Below are positions 12,977 through 26,687 of a DNA stretch of 64,000 bases, one piece after another. Location of the stretch: the NCBI RefSeq assembly GCF_006345805.1, contig NC_042997.1:88784001-88848000 (forward strand). The letters are read 5' to 3'. The DNA is from Octopus sinensis. Its lineage: Eukaryota. How positions within the stretch are numbered: the first letter of the stretch is position 1; every line of letters starts with the position of its first letter. Under the pieces are notes generated by a model, which saw only the letters and a program-made list of their open reading frames with translations, made no database searches and was not told the origin of the DNA. Both the position numbers and the translations under genes were made by a program.

Positions 12977-13187
12977 AAGGCGGTGAGCTGGCAGAACCGT
13001 TAGCACGCGGGGAAAAATGCTTAGCGGCATTTCGTCCCTCTCTATGTTCTGAGTTCAAGTTTCGTCGAGGCCGCCTTTGTTCATCCTTTCGGGGTCAATA
13101 AAATAAGTACCAGTTGAACTCGGGGGTCGATTATATCGACCTACCCCCTCCCGCAAACTTGCTGGCCTTGTACCAAAATTTGAAACC
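12977..13187 (+). mobile_element. SINE family A, short-tail variant
   Basis: Head aaggcggtgagctggcagaa, B-box-like gagttcaa, tail ccccctcccgcaaacttgctggccttgtaccaaaatttgaaac. Confidence 0.85.
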
Positions 13188-13194
13188 ACTACTA

Positions 13195-14275
13195 CACCAG
13201 GGTTGTGTTTTGGCACCTACATTGCTCAGCATGATATTCTCAGCCATGCTGTCTGATGCCTTCTGCAACGTCGACGAAACTGGTATCATGATCAGATTCA
13301 GGACTGATGGCAGACTTCTTAAGCCGAGGAAACTACAAGCCAAGACCAAAGTGGAAGAGGGCTCAGTGCACGACCTCCTCATCGCAGACGACTGAACACA
13401 GTAGTAGAACATGAACTGCTTTTCTACTGCCTTCAACAAGAAGGCAGAGGTTATGCACCAGCCTGCCCAACATAAGTCATATGTGTAGCCAACTATCAGT
13501 GTCGAAGGGGAAACCCTGAAAGTTGTTTGATAAGTTCACATACTTTGGCAGCACACTTTCCAAATCTGTGAACATTGACGATGAAATCGACACACACATA
13601 GCCAAGGGAAGCTCATCATTTGGGGCGGCTACGTGAATCAGTATGGAAGAAGAAAGACATTAGGCTGGCAACCAGGCTGAATGTGTACCAAGCAGTTATA
13701 CTGCCTTCGATCCTATACGCAAGCGAGACTTGGACGGTTTACGAACGCCACGCCAAAAATGCTGAACTGCTTCCACATGAACTGCCTGAAAAAGCTGTTG
13801 AAAATCACCTGGCAAGACAAGGTTTCACGCACGGAGGTCCTCTCTTAGCTGATCTGCCAAGTATCTGCACACATCTGAAGAGAGTGCAAGTTAGGTGGGA
13901 AGGCCACCTTGTTCGAATGCCTGGTACGCGACTCCCCAAGGTAAGCGCATGCAAGGTGGACTGAAAAAAGCGCTTCAAGGATGCACTCAAAGCCTCACTG
14001 AAGAACTTTAAGATCGACCCCGACACCTGGGAAACACAAGCACAAGGGTGTCTCGCCTGTCGAAGCTGCGTCAATGGAGGTGCTACCTCCTACGAACAAA
14101 ACAGGATTGCAGGGGCACATAGAAAACGCAAACTGCGCAAGTCCAGAGTCAACTCCCAGCAGACCACCAGTGACCGACCAGCGGCAGAGGCTTCTGAGTG
14201 CACATCGGATTGATCGGCCACAGCCGGACACACCATGTCCCGTCCTTGGTCATCCTCGACAAGGACGAAAGAGAT
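13195..14275 (+). mobile_element. 5'-truncated, decayed RTE (BovB-like) LINE
   Basis: QGCVLAPTLLS..RFRTDG..DLLIADD, FGRLRESVW, LYASETWTVY, RWEGHLVRMP..RLPK, KRFKDALK, HIGLIGHSRTH; frameshifts and stops. Confidence 0.92.
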
Positions 14276-14289
14276 AATAAGATTACACA

Positions 14290-14445
14290 CAGGCGTAGCA
14301 GTGTGGTAAGAAGTTTGCTTTCCAACTACATAGCTCCGGATTCAGTCCTACAGCATAGCACCTTGGGCAGATGTCTTCTACTAAACTTCCGGGCCAACCA
14401 AAGTCTTGTAAGTGGGTTTGGAAGACGGAAACTGAAAGGAGCCCG

Positions 14446-14492
<47 letters not shown>

Positions 14493-14735
14493 TGCGTGCG
14501 TGCATGCGTGCATGTGCGTATGTATATATCTGTGTCTATGATTTCTCCCACCGCCGCTTCATAACCGGTGTTGGTTTCTTTACGTCTTCGTAACTTAGTG
14601 GTTCAGCAAAACAGACCAGTAGAATAAATAAATACCAAATTTCAACTGAAATAAGTATTAGAGTCGATTTTTTAGACTATACCATTCAAGGCGATACCCA
14701 GCATGGCCTCAGTCCAATGACAAATAAGTAAAAGA
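14290..14735 (+). mobile_element. SINE family B (tRNA head, internal microsatellite)
   Basis: ggcgtagcagtgtggtaagaag..caccttgggcagatgtcttctac..gacggaaactgaaaggagcccgtcg(TG)n..cgtaacttagtggttc..cagcatggcc..agtaaaaga. Confidence 0.85.
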
Positions 14736-15257
14736 TAGAGAATAAACAATAAAAGAAAGGTACTTCTTACGCACCAGATCTTAAAGCTATAATAATCTTG
14801 GCATTTTATGTGGAAATAACGCTAATAATGAATTTATATAATGAAAATTGTTCTCATTATGCTTAATATCCATACCTAATATTTGCTGAAACTACGGTTT
14901 TGAAATTTACCTTCTTAAACTGAAAGTTTCAAGCTTACTAATGAGATGTTACTGAGTTTTCTCCCACACCACTGTCACCGTTATTTCCCTGTTCTCTTCC
15001 TCCATCATCTATCCGTGGCAAAGAGACCCAACAACAAAATATATCAGTTCGTCTAACTATATAAATATAGTAATAAAAGCAACACATCTTTCTTGTTATA
15101 TAGTACCGCGTTTGTCCCGATCGAGTAGAACCATGATTAAAAGTATATAGTCAACGAAAGTGTCGAAGACTAAATGTTCTTCCACCATCTTTTAATGGTG
15201 CGGTATATATTGAAACAAAAAATATATCAGAAGGAGTGGTTGTGTGATAAGTATAGG

Positions 15258-15670
15258 TGCAAGAGTGGCCGTGTGGTATGTGGCTTGCTTACCAACCACA
15301 TGGTTCTGGGTTCGTTCCCACTGCGTGGCACCTTGGGCAGGTGTCTTCTACTATAGCCTCAGGCCGACCAAAGCCTTGTGAGTGGATTTGGTAGACGGAA
15401 ACTGAAAGAAGCCCGTCGTATATATATATATATATGTATATTTGTGTGTGTTTGTGTGTCTGTGTTTGTACCGCCCCCAACAACGCTTGACAACCGATGC
15501 CGGTGTGTTTACGTCTCCGTAACTTAGCGGTTCGGCAAAAGACACCGATAGAATAAGTACGAGACTTACAAAGAATAAGTCCTGGAGTCGATTTCCTCGA
15601 CTAAAGACGGTGCTCCAGCATGGCCGCAGTCAAATGACTGAAACAAGTAAAAGAGTAAAAGAGTAAAGAG
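15258..15670 (+). mobile_element. SINE family B, full length
   Basis: Same architecture as 14290-14735; tail gtaaaagagtaaaagag. Confidence 0.9.
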
Positions 15671-16684
15671 AAAAGAAAGAAAGAAATTCGCTGCTATTTC
15701 TAACAGGTTGAACGACCAGTTACAGGCTGCGTCGAAACGGCAATAGTTCTATAAAAACTGACAAGTGTCTTCTGGTGTTGAATTCAGCTTCTGTGAAATA
15801 CAATGCCATTTCTCCAAATTCACTTGTTCCGGGTACGACAGATGAAGGAATTTCGTTTTCAGAGATTGGTTATAAGAACTGACTACATAATATCCAATCT
15901 GGTTAGAAGCATCTCAACTGACAACAGAAAAAAAAAAAAGAACATTGTACTTTATCGACATACCCAAATATTTCACACCTGCAAGGAATATACTCAACAG
16001 GTATCTTACCCCACTTATAATTTTGAAGGAAACTAAGATAATCCCGACTTCCTTTTCTGCTTTATTTTCTTTTTCATTTTTCTTTGTACTCTTAACGTTT
16101 AGTAAAAGATATGCACGATAGTGAACCAGAGTCGACTTAAACATTACTTCATAAATGGTGTTTATGAATAGTACAGAAAATATTGTAATTGAAAAGATAG
16201 AAATATTGCAAATATATATTAATTGTACACCATCTATATAAGCGACAGTGTCAATGTTGTAATAGAAAAAGGTAGAAATATTGTAAATATATATTAATTG
16301 CACTCTGTCTATATAAATAAGATATTTTACGACCAACTCTTGATAATGTCTAACTCTTGAAAAATAATTGGTTTACAGGCTTAAATACACAGATTTGTGA
16401 GAGAGTGTGTGTGCTTGTGTGTGTAAGCGTGGAAATACTCTTGAAATCATTATAATGCTACATTCCTGTGTAACATTGTTTATTTAATTAAATTCCAGCT
16501 ATACAAAAATAGCATCTCACGCACAGACATAGGTATTTACGTATATCTCGATACAAAAATTCCCACCTCTTTCGCTTAGATCCACATTATTTTAAAATTA
16601 TAATTATGAATTCCCAGTTTTCCCCAAATAACTTTAACAAGAATAATCCCAGCCAATCTCAGGTTATGGGCTATGTTTTTTTTT

Positions 16685-16870
16685 TATCTGCTATCCTTTA
16701 CTTGTTTCAGTCATTGGACTACGGTCATACTGGGTCACCGCTTTGAAAAAAAGGTTTCCTTCAGTAGTACTTGAACTCAGCGAGTAGAGGGCGAAAATAT
16801 ATACTGCCAGCTATACTCTATCGACTCTGCAAAACTGACCATTGACTTGAGTCCTTTTCCTTGAAAAAAC
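16685..16870 (-). mobile_element. SINE family B, 3' fragment
   Basis: cctttacttgtttcagtcattggactacggtcatactggg is the reverse complement of the family tail. Confidence 0.65.
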
Positions 16871-17181
16871 AAAAAAAACTGTGGAAACGTTGATCGGTTT
16901 TTTAGCTATGTGAAAGGATCCGATATTTTAAGGGTTAAATGAAAAATGACAAACATGACAAGCGTGCTTGAATCTGTCATCACTGTCTTGATTAGTATTC
17001 CATAGATACCACGAAGTCGCACCAAAGCCTCCATATGTAACAGAGTGAGTTGGAAAATTATTAATAGACATTATCATTGCAATTAGTAGACAAAATCTCT
17101 CAGGCTATATAAATTCTAAAAACAAGGGAGATAATTCCAATATCATCGATTAATCTAAATTTTTGGAAAATAAAGATATTG

Positions 17182-17523
17182 CATATTCTGTTGTGTCTGG
17201 GGAGAGTCATTTTCTTTTTGTACCTTATTATTTAACATACTCACCGGTAAAATTTCCACTTTATTTTCTTATTTTTATTGTCCTAAAATTTTCGTTGCCT
17301 CTTGCAAACCTTTTCAATAGTTTTGACTCTAAAATAGTTTTCTTTCTTGCTGTTCTGTGAGTCCTACCTATATAAGAGAGTCAAAACTTTTGAAAAGGTT
17401 GCAAGACGCAACGAAAATTTTAGGACAATAAAAATAAGAAAAAAAGTGAAAATTTTACCGGTGAGTGTGTTAAATAATAAGGCACAAAAAGAAAATGACT
17501 CTCCTCAGACACAACAGAATATG
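17182..17523. mobile_element. Foldback element, ~147-bp inverted arms, 46-nt spacer
   Basis: 17182-17330 is the near reverse complement of 17377-17523. Confidence 0.9.
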
Positions 17524-18859
17524 CTTCAACACTCGAACTCATATAAAGAATCTTGCAAACCAAATCCCAAAACGAAAGATATTGCAGTTGAACTGGAAAA
17601 CTTCAATTAAGTGACATTACCATTGCAATTACGCGTCAAAATCTCCCTTACTAATATTTAAATTCTAAAAACGACAAACAAGATGAACAGCTCCAATATC
17701 ATTAATTAATCCAAACTTTTAGAAAATATAGACAATGGAATTAGGAGTGGGCCTTGCCTTGAAATTCAACTAATTCAGATTTCATCAATGAAGTCTCTTC
17801 CCCTGTCGTTTCAATACTTTCTCTAAAATTTCTGCTACCAACACAGAATTTTAAAATCCATTCTGAAAATACACTCTACCAAATTTCCACACACCTCCAA
17901 TCTCTCTTCTGTCTCTAAGAATCGATTGTTTTCCAGCCCAAACCTAACAAAACGTTTCAACATTTCTTGTCGGTCTGTCTGTTTAACAGTCTCTCTACTT
18001 GTCTATTTGTCTCTGTCTGTCTATAGGTTTATCTGTCTGTCTATCGATCGGTCTGTCTGTCTATCAGTTTCTCTTTTTCTCTTTCTCACTTTCTCTCTCT
18101 TTTCTTTCTCTTTCTCTCTCTCCCTTTCTCATTTTCTCTTTCTTTACCACTCTCTCTCTCTCTTTGACTTTTTCTTTCTCTCTTTGTCTCTTTCACTTTG
18201 TCTTTCTTTTTCTTTCTCCCCTCTCTCTTTTTCTCTCCTACCTTCATTCCTTCACTTCTCCTTTCTCCCCCTCTCCCTTCTTCTCTCCCCCCACTCTCTA
18301 GCCATTCCTCTCATTTTCTTCCCGTCTGCTCATCTCTTACTCTATCTCAATCTCTCCGATTAATTCACTCAATATCTTTTCTTAAAACACTCACCAACCA
18401 ATGAACTAACTGCCAGATATTCCCAGTAGCCATCAACTAACTACTCTACTCATCCCGCTGGCTAACCATGCCTTCTATCAGTAACATGTTATTGTATTAC
18501 GTTACAAAATATAATATAAACTTTCATATGAAAACACTGATAGATTACACTATCATATGTTATATAGGAAGATAGCGTATCAAAGCATACTGCAACACAC
18601 ACATATACTCTTTTCTTCTCACAGTCCCCGCTCCCCCTCTGTGTGTGGGTGTACATACGTGTGCATTTATAAATATATCTATATCTGTATATATTTATGT
18701 GTATATGTATATATGTATATAATTTTATATTGACACACATACACATATACATATATATTTGTATGTACCTGTATATATATGCGTGTGTGTGTGTGTGTGT
18801 TCGTGCACGCACATACGCACACACACATATGTGTGTATGTTTGTGCACACACACAGACA

Positions 18860-18869
18860 CACGTATGTG

Positions 18870-18932
<63 letters not shown>

Positions 18933-18936
18933 GTCA

Positions 18937-19009
<73 letters not shown>

Positions 19010-19060
19010 TGTATGTATGTATGTATGTATGTATGTATGTATGTACGTATGCATATGTAT
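18860..19060. repeat. Compound (ATCT)/(GTCT)/(CT)/(AT)/(GTAT) microsatellite
   Basis: Direct reading. Confidence 0.95.
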
Positions 19061-19069
19061 AATATATAT

Positions 19070-19308
19070 AGATCAAAACAGTTTGATTCAGAATCTTTGA
19101 TACTCTGAGTTTCAAGCACGTGGCTAGTCTTCGGCCATTGGAGTCTGAATGAGAGTTCGATTGAAGAGAGTCAATGTTTATTACTGGATGTTAGCCAGCG
19201 ATTGGTCGAGAAAAGTCACGAACTCTCATTCAGTCTGCAATGGCCAAAGACTAGCCACGTACTTGAAACTCAGAGTACCAAAGATTCTGAATCAAACTGA
19301 TTTGATCT
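19070..19308. mobile_element. MITE-like foldback, ~90-bp inverted arms
   Basis: agatcaaaacagtttgattcagaatctttg..gagagttcg / cgaactctc..caaagattctgaatcaaactgatttgatct. Confidence 0.88.
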
Positions 19309-19879
19309 TTACTCACAATAAATTTGTTGAGTGCCCTTCCTTCGCTTGTTTACTCACTTGTATGTATAATGCATACATACATACATACATACATACATAC
19401 ATACATACATACATACATACATACATACATACATACATACATACATACATACACACAGACACACACACATACATATATATATATATAGATATAGATATGA
19501 TACACACATACGCATACTTTCGTACTTTACCTCGTACATCTTCACACACACAAACACCTTCCTCTTTTGTTCATTCATACATCTTTATAGGGCTTGAGAG
19601 TGAAAAAGCTGTTTTTACATGACATATGACGTAGACATACACCCACCACATTGACCTCGTGTATCAACATATCTAACCACAAACTCCTATCACATCACGG
19701 GTCAAACAAGAAAATTGCTACATGATCATCCGACCTGCTAGAAACACAATGGATAATTTAGTCCGAGGAACTCTATACTAAAGAAAAACACGATATGGTA
19801 ATAGAATACCTTTGATCATGGATCTGCTCGTTCAAATCTGGTATGTAGCTAATGAACAACAGCAATAGCTTAACACATG

Positions 19880-20075
19880 GTAGGCAAAGCAAACACTGGG
19901 GCCTATACATGGTTGCTTGGTCTGTTAGAAATAGCAGCCAAATAACACTCAAATCACGTCGCACCATTATAGAATAGAAAGACATATTTAGATAATGTAG
20001 ATGGGATGGCCACGGCTGGAACATCTATGCCCACAATTATACTTGACCAGTGCTTACCTGGGGCTAGACAACAAC
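19880..20075 (+). mobile_element. Dispersed repeat family C
   Basis: gttagaaatagcagccaaa..ggatggccacggctggaacatc..cctggggctagacaacaac. Confidence 0.55.
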
Positions 20076-21404
20076 ACATTATAGTTTTCTGTACCGAAAG
20101 CTTACCTTATTGTAGACGATTAATGGATATTTGTGTCATTTGAAAACCTGTGAATTACAGTAGCAACAACATGCGACACAAAATACCTTGCAGTATGTAG
20201 CTATGTTCCTTCATAATCTGTATTCAAGTCCCATCGAAGTTGACATTGTATTTCATTTCCTCACAAATACAGTAAGAAAGTATCAGCAATTCGGCCAATT
20301 ACTTGGAAAGCTACAAAACAAGATATGACGCTAAGAAGCGTTATATCTTGTTCTCGGCAAATTTTATCAATAGAAAATGATACTGAAAAAATAGAAAGTG
20401 CTACGAATCTGAAGTCAAGTAAAACAAGAAAAATTGTTTTATTTAGGATAATGTATGTATTTTCAGCCTCTCTTTTTTTTGTTCATATTCTTTCATTTAT
20501 TAGAATAAACAGAGTTATATACACAAGATCAGTGGAACCGTTTGGACTCTCTCTTGACCACCCATCCTGCACTCATTGTTTGTTTGTTTCAGAAGTGAGT
20601 GGAGTTCATTGCAGTAATATTGATTCTGTCTTTCCTCATCACCTACTTATAGCAATGAAACTTTGATGCTGTTTTGACTTTTCTCTTCAGCTTGTACCGG
20701 TAACAACATGGCAGAGTTGTAGAAACATCCTATAGAATATTTTGCGGTATTCCTTCCGGTTACCTGCGTTCTGAATTTAAATCCCATCGAACACGTCTTT
20801 GCCTTTCATTTTTTCGGGGTCGATAAATAAACTTCTAAAATAGAGACAAGGCCATAATGCTTTGGGTGTGCGGTTAGTCAATTAAATCAGCTTCAGTACT
20901 TGACTGGTACTTACTTTTTACTGACCACAAGAGAATGAAAAGCAAAGATGACCAGAGTGGAATTCGAGCTCAGAACCTAAAGAGTCGGAACAAATACCAA
21001 ACAACAATTTTTCCGACGCTGTAACAATTCTAGTAATATACGCTTTCTGAGTTTCTGTTTGAGGTTTAAATTTTACCTACGTCGACTTTCTGGGGTTCGA
21101 TAAAATAGTACAAACCAAGTATAGGGGTCCATTTGATGAACTGTATCTCCCGCCGTCACAAATTATAGGCTGTGTTTCAATAATATAAATCAATTTATGT
21201 AGTGGTAGTGATGATAGAGTTCAGTTGTAGAACAAACCACTGTGCTAAAGCTAGCATGAGCAAAAGATGGAGATTACCAACAAAATCGCTTTTATGAAAC
21301 ATCGTAGAATAATGAAAGCAAAAACATCAACAGTGAAGTTTGAACTCAGAATATTGAATCGCTAAATTAGATTCTGTAGCTTAATTCTTCGGCAACAAAA
21401 GAAA

Positions 21405-21535
21405 TAGGCATGGCTGTGTGGTTAAGAAGCTCGCTCTGGAACCTCGTGATTTCGGGCTCAGTTCTACAGCATGGAACCTTAGACAAGTGTCTTCCTCTAT
21501 AACTCTGAACTGGCCAATACATTGTGAGTGAAATT
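21405..21535 (+). mobile_element. SINE family B, 5' part
   Basis: ggcatggctgtgtggttaagaagctcgct..caagtgtcttcctctat. Confidence 0.7.
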
Positions 21536-21576
21536 GCTAACGATTCTGCCAGCTCGCCGCCTTAAAGGGTAATACA

Positions 21577-21809
21577 TATTTCTTTACTACCCACAAGGGG
21601 CTAAACACAGAGGGGACAAAGAAGGACAGACAAACGGAGTAAGTCGATTACATCGACCCTAGTGCTTAACTGGTACTTATTTAATCGACCCCGAAAGGAT
21701 GAAAGGCAAAGTCGACCTCGGCGGAATTTGAACTCAGAACGTAGCGGCAGACGAAATACCGCTAAGCATTTCGCCCGGCGCGCAAACGTTTCTGCGAGCT
21801 CGCCGCCTT
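21577..21809 (-). mobile_element. SINE family A, long-tail variant
   Basis: Near-identical reverse complement of the 33351-33590 and 39633-39861 copies. Confidence 0.92.
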
Positions 21810-22441
21810 GAACATCTATGTAATATTAAATCATCTTTAATCGCGAGTACTCACATCTTCTCATCGATAATTCAACTGAAAAGTAGCTGAGAAAAATAGG
21901 AAAGAATAGGTTATTTTTAGAGTGATGACACAAACTATGATATTTCTCCGCTCACTGGTTTTTTCTCTCCATATCATCTATATTTTAAAGTTCACGAAAC
22001 AATTCATAGTTGCAAGTTATGACCCTGTCAAAGAAATTCCATGTAAAATGTTCATGGTTTCCTTTATCTTAAAGGTGTTATTATTGAGGACTTCTATCTG
22101 GAGTAAATACACTGAGACAGAATGAAAACAAAAGGGAAGAAGAAAAAAAGGTGTCTTTTTTCCTCTGTCTTGATATGTTTGAAGCAGTAACGGTATTAAA
22201 TTAACACAACAATCCTGATGATTTTGATAAGCACTATTTTTGAATTAATTTGAATTGATTTAATCTAATTATGCATTACAATTATATAACTATATATTTA
22301 GTGGTATTTATCTTAATGAAGCTGCTGCTGAATACACTTAAAAGAATGAACTATATGTGGAATTTATACTTTACTGCTAAATATACATATGCAAACGTAT
22401 TTTATATATTTTGGGTAAGTATATATATAAGTATATATGTA

Positions 22442-22481
<40 letters not shown>

Positions 22482-22604
22482 GTATATATTTCTGGTAAGT
22501 ATATATATAAGTATATATGTAGTATATATATACTACATATATGCTTATATATATATTTACCAGAAATATATACTTATATATATATATACATGTGTGTGTA
22601 TACA

Positions 22605-22644
<40 letters not shown>

Positions 22645-22856
22645 TAAACAAATAAACAAGGAGGGCGGCGTTTCCTCTTATTATCCAACCGAAACAAAAT
22701 ATTATCTCCAACACTCAGCAGGGTATTCTCTAAGTATATGTACATGTGTGTGTGTGTATACGTGTGTGTGCACACGAGTGTGTGTGTATTGAGAGCATGC
22801 ATGTGTGTGTGAGTGTGTATTAATATATAGATGTACATATCTATATCTATCTATCC

Positions 22857-22922
<66 letters not shown>

Positions 22923-22989
22923 ATCCACATGCACACGCACACACACACACACACACAATGTATACACATACATTTGTATGGAAGTTCTT

Positions 22990-23220
22990 ATACACTATCT
23001 CTTGGACCCGCACGTGGATTATCAGCGATTTTTTCCCTCCTTCCTTCTTTTCCTTTTGGGCTTTCCTGTTTTTCCTGTTTCCGAAGAAGAGCCATGCTCG
23101 AAACGTAAAACGACTACTCTTTTCCTTCTCTGAGGATCATATTAATACTTTGCACTTCCTTACGTATGTTTTGTCTTTTTCTTTTTCCCCTGTTTTTTTT
23201 CTGTTATTTTAAAAATTAAG
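22990..23220 (+). mobile_element. Short pyrimidine-rich element carrying a hammerhead motif (Penelope pseudo-LTR-like)
   Basis: Contains the fold at 23077-23111 and abuts a (TA)n array; boundaries approximate, no TSD seen. Confidence 0.5.
23077..23111 (+). ncRNA. Minimal type-I hammerhead ribozyme motif (U4C, extra A after A9)
   Basis: GTTT-CCGAAGA-A-GAGC(CAT)GCTC-GAA-ACGT-A-AAAC: stem I 4 bp, stem II 4 bp, palindromic stem III, GUA site. Confidence 0.7.
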
Positions 23221-23295
<75 letters not shown>

Positions 23296-23416
23296 TGTAT
23301 ATATACATATATGTTTATATATATAAATATAAAATATGTATATATCTATATATATAATATGTATGTATATGTATATATATATAATATGTATGTATGTATG
23401 TATATATCTATCTATC

Positions 23417-23475
<59 letters not shown>

Positions 23476-23741
23476 TAAGTGTATATATACGTGTATGCAT
23501 GAGTGTGCAGGCCAACACAATCACACACACACACAAACACATATGCATAGACACACATACATGAGGATTATTATAAATATATGAACTTAGCAAATATGCA
23601 GATAAATCTATAAACCTTTCTTCCGGAGAAGAACTATTTACGAATAAAAATACCTTAAAACAAAAAGCTCTAATAAACTGAATACGTACGACATGTAAAA
23701 CTTAGAAGAAAATTTATACAAACACACACGCACTTACTAGT

Positions 23742-23813
<72 letters not shown>

Positions 23814-24240
23814 ATATATATATATATATAATATCATACACAGATACACACGTAGACACACACAAGCCGAGTTGTATGATACGTGATAGTAGAGTTCTTC
23901 GAAATTCGGTTGTGTTTTATTCGAAGGGGAAAAAAATGAATACACCTGGGGCTAATAAAAGAGAGAATCAATTTCAGAATATTTTCCTAGTTGTCAGAGA
24001 ATAGTTCTCGTTCATTCTACCAATAAGACGGAGCTGCTTCAGCGAATCGACCAAAATATGTAGTATCATTTCACATAGAAACTCTAGCTACGGGCGACAT
24101 AACTCCGTTTTGATTTTCGAAACTGATTTCGTGTCTCTCAGACACACACACACACGCGCGCGCACACACACACACATACACACGCACACACACACACGGC
24201 GTATATATATCCACTCACATATGTATATGTATATATGTAC

Positions 24241-24303
<63 letters not shown>

Positions 24304-24347
24304 AATCTATCATCTATACATACATACATATATACATGCATACATAC

Positions 24348-24418
<71 letters not shown>

Positions 24419-24699
24419 ATATATATATAGGTAGGTAGATAGATAGATAATGCTTAATGTATGTACGCATGTGTGTGTGTGTGTATATAAACACATACAC
24501 AGGCATATAAGGAGAGAGTGAGAGAGAGAAGGTGGCGAAGCAAGAGATTGAGAGAGACAGGCAGGCAGAGAGACAGACCGACATAATTACATGCATGTCT
24601 ACTTTTACAAAATTCTTGCTCATTGATAAAGTGTATGTACATGCGTGTTTGAGTGAAGATATGTTTGTATCTGTGCCTGTGTGAGTATGTGCATGCCTG

Positions 24700-24739
<40 letters not shown>

Positions 24740-25266
24740 GGTGTGTGTGCGTGTGAACATGTGTGCGTCTGTTCAACTGACTGTAATACTGATGAATGTT
24801 TCATGAGCTTGCAGTGCTGAGTTCAAATCTCTCCCCTATGAATAAATCCCAAGATAGACTTATCTACCAGCAAGGCTAAACACCGAGATAAGCTGAATTA
24901 GGACAGTTTAATAACTCTTTTTAAACTTTTCTCAAAGTATTAATGAAGTGAGTTGGCTTTGAAACTGTAGTGTATGACGTCTAAAAACGATACAACGTTC
25001 CTTTTATAATTAGCGATATTGTAATTATTGTCACAATATATAATTATATAAAAATCCACTAATAACTGCGAGCTGCGAAAAATTCTGACTTCGACTTTTA
25101 TAAACTTCTAGCATACAAGTTTATCGAAGGATGTGAGTACAAAGTGTAACACATTTTCTTTCAAAGCCGAAACCAAAGTTATTGACATCTATAGACTCTA
25201 GGTTTTTATTACCCTTGTTACTGACGTAGGCCCTAACTAGTTTTTGCTTCCATTATTATGGATGAG

Positions 25267-25585
25267 AAGGCGGCGAGCTGGCAGAAACGTTAGCACACTG
25301 GGGTCGATAAATTAAGTACCAACTGAGTACTGGAATCGATGTAATCGACTCACCCCACCACAAATTGTGCCTATACTAGAAAGGAATATTATGAATGAGA
25401 AGGCGGCGAGCTGGCAGAATCGTTAGCACACCGGGCAAAATGCTTAGCGGCATTTCATCCGTCTTTTCGTTCTGAATTCAAATTCTGCCGAGGTCGATTT
25501 TGCCTTTCATCCTTTCGAGATCGATAAAATATGTACCAGTTGAGCACCGAGGTCGATGTTATTGACTCACTCTCTTCCCCGACTT
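25267..25585 (+). mobile_element. Two tandem SINE family A copies (first internally deleted)
   Basis: Both begin atgagaaggcggcgagctggcagaa (about 25262 and 25394). Confidence 0.85.
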
Positions 25586-25639
25586 ATGCAGTTCATTGAG
25601 TACCATACAATACAAAGCTATTGACCATCACTTACTAGT

Positions 25640-25685
<46 letters not shown>

Positions 25686-26125
25686 TACACAGATACACAC
25701 GTGCGTGCGCACGTAAGCATAATAGTATATTTAAGAAGTTTGCTACAAAGTCAGTTTTTAAGTTCGTTCCCACTACACAGCATTTTGGCCAATTGTGCTA
25801 CACTGCCTCGGCTTGACCAATACCACAGTAAATGGTGTCTGTACAGAAACCTGTCGCGTGTGTGTGTGTGTGTGTGTGTGTCCGTCCGTCTATGTATTTA
25901 TATGTCTGTCAAACACAGAGAAACGCTGGTTATATAAACTAATGCTGTTTGAAAGAAGAACTTCGTGGTTTAACAATTCGATCTGACTGAAATATGTACT
26001 GTGGGAACGGCTAAAAGTCTTGTGGGCGGTGCTTCAGCATGGTCAAAGCATCTTGACAGAAACCAGTTAAAAAAATTGTCCGTGTATGTACACACACACA
26101 CACACACGCACATACAGGTAGAGGT

Positions 26126-26211
<86 letters not shown>

Positions 26212-26543
26212 GATCAGAAGAACAGACGTGCTGACAGACAAATGGGCAGACAGATTGTGGTGTTTGAGTTATGTATATATACATATATGTATGAATGTAC
26301 AAGCACGCACGCGTGTGTGCGTGCTTGATTTGTGTTTGTATATGTATTTATGTTTGCGTGTCTGGCTGATTGCGTGTGCGAAGCGTATAATACAAATAAA
26401 AAATAATAATAATAATAAAAATAATAATAATAAAATAATTAATGAAACGGCATTTTCTTTTAAATGCAATTTCGACATTTTCGTTTCATTTAAAAATAAA
26501 TACAAACACACATGTACGTTCGCACGCGCACATACAATCACAC

Positions 26544-26574
<31 letters not shown>

Positions 26575-26638
26575 CACGCACATACAGATACGCACACAGA
26601 CATATATATACACACACATACAGATAGCATACAATAGA

Positions 26639-26687
<49 letters not shown>

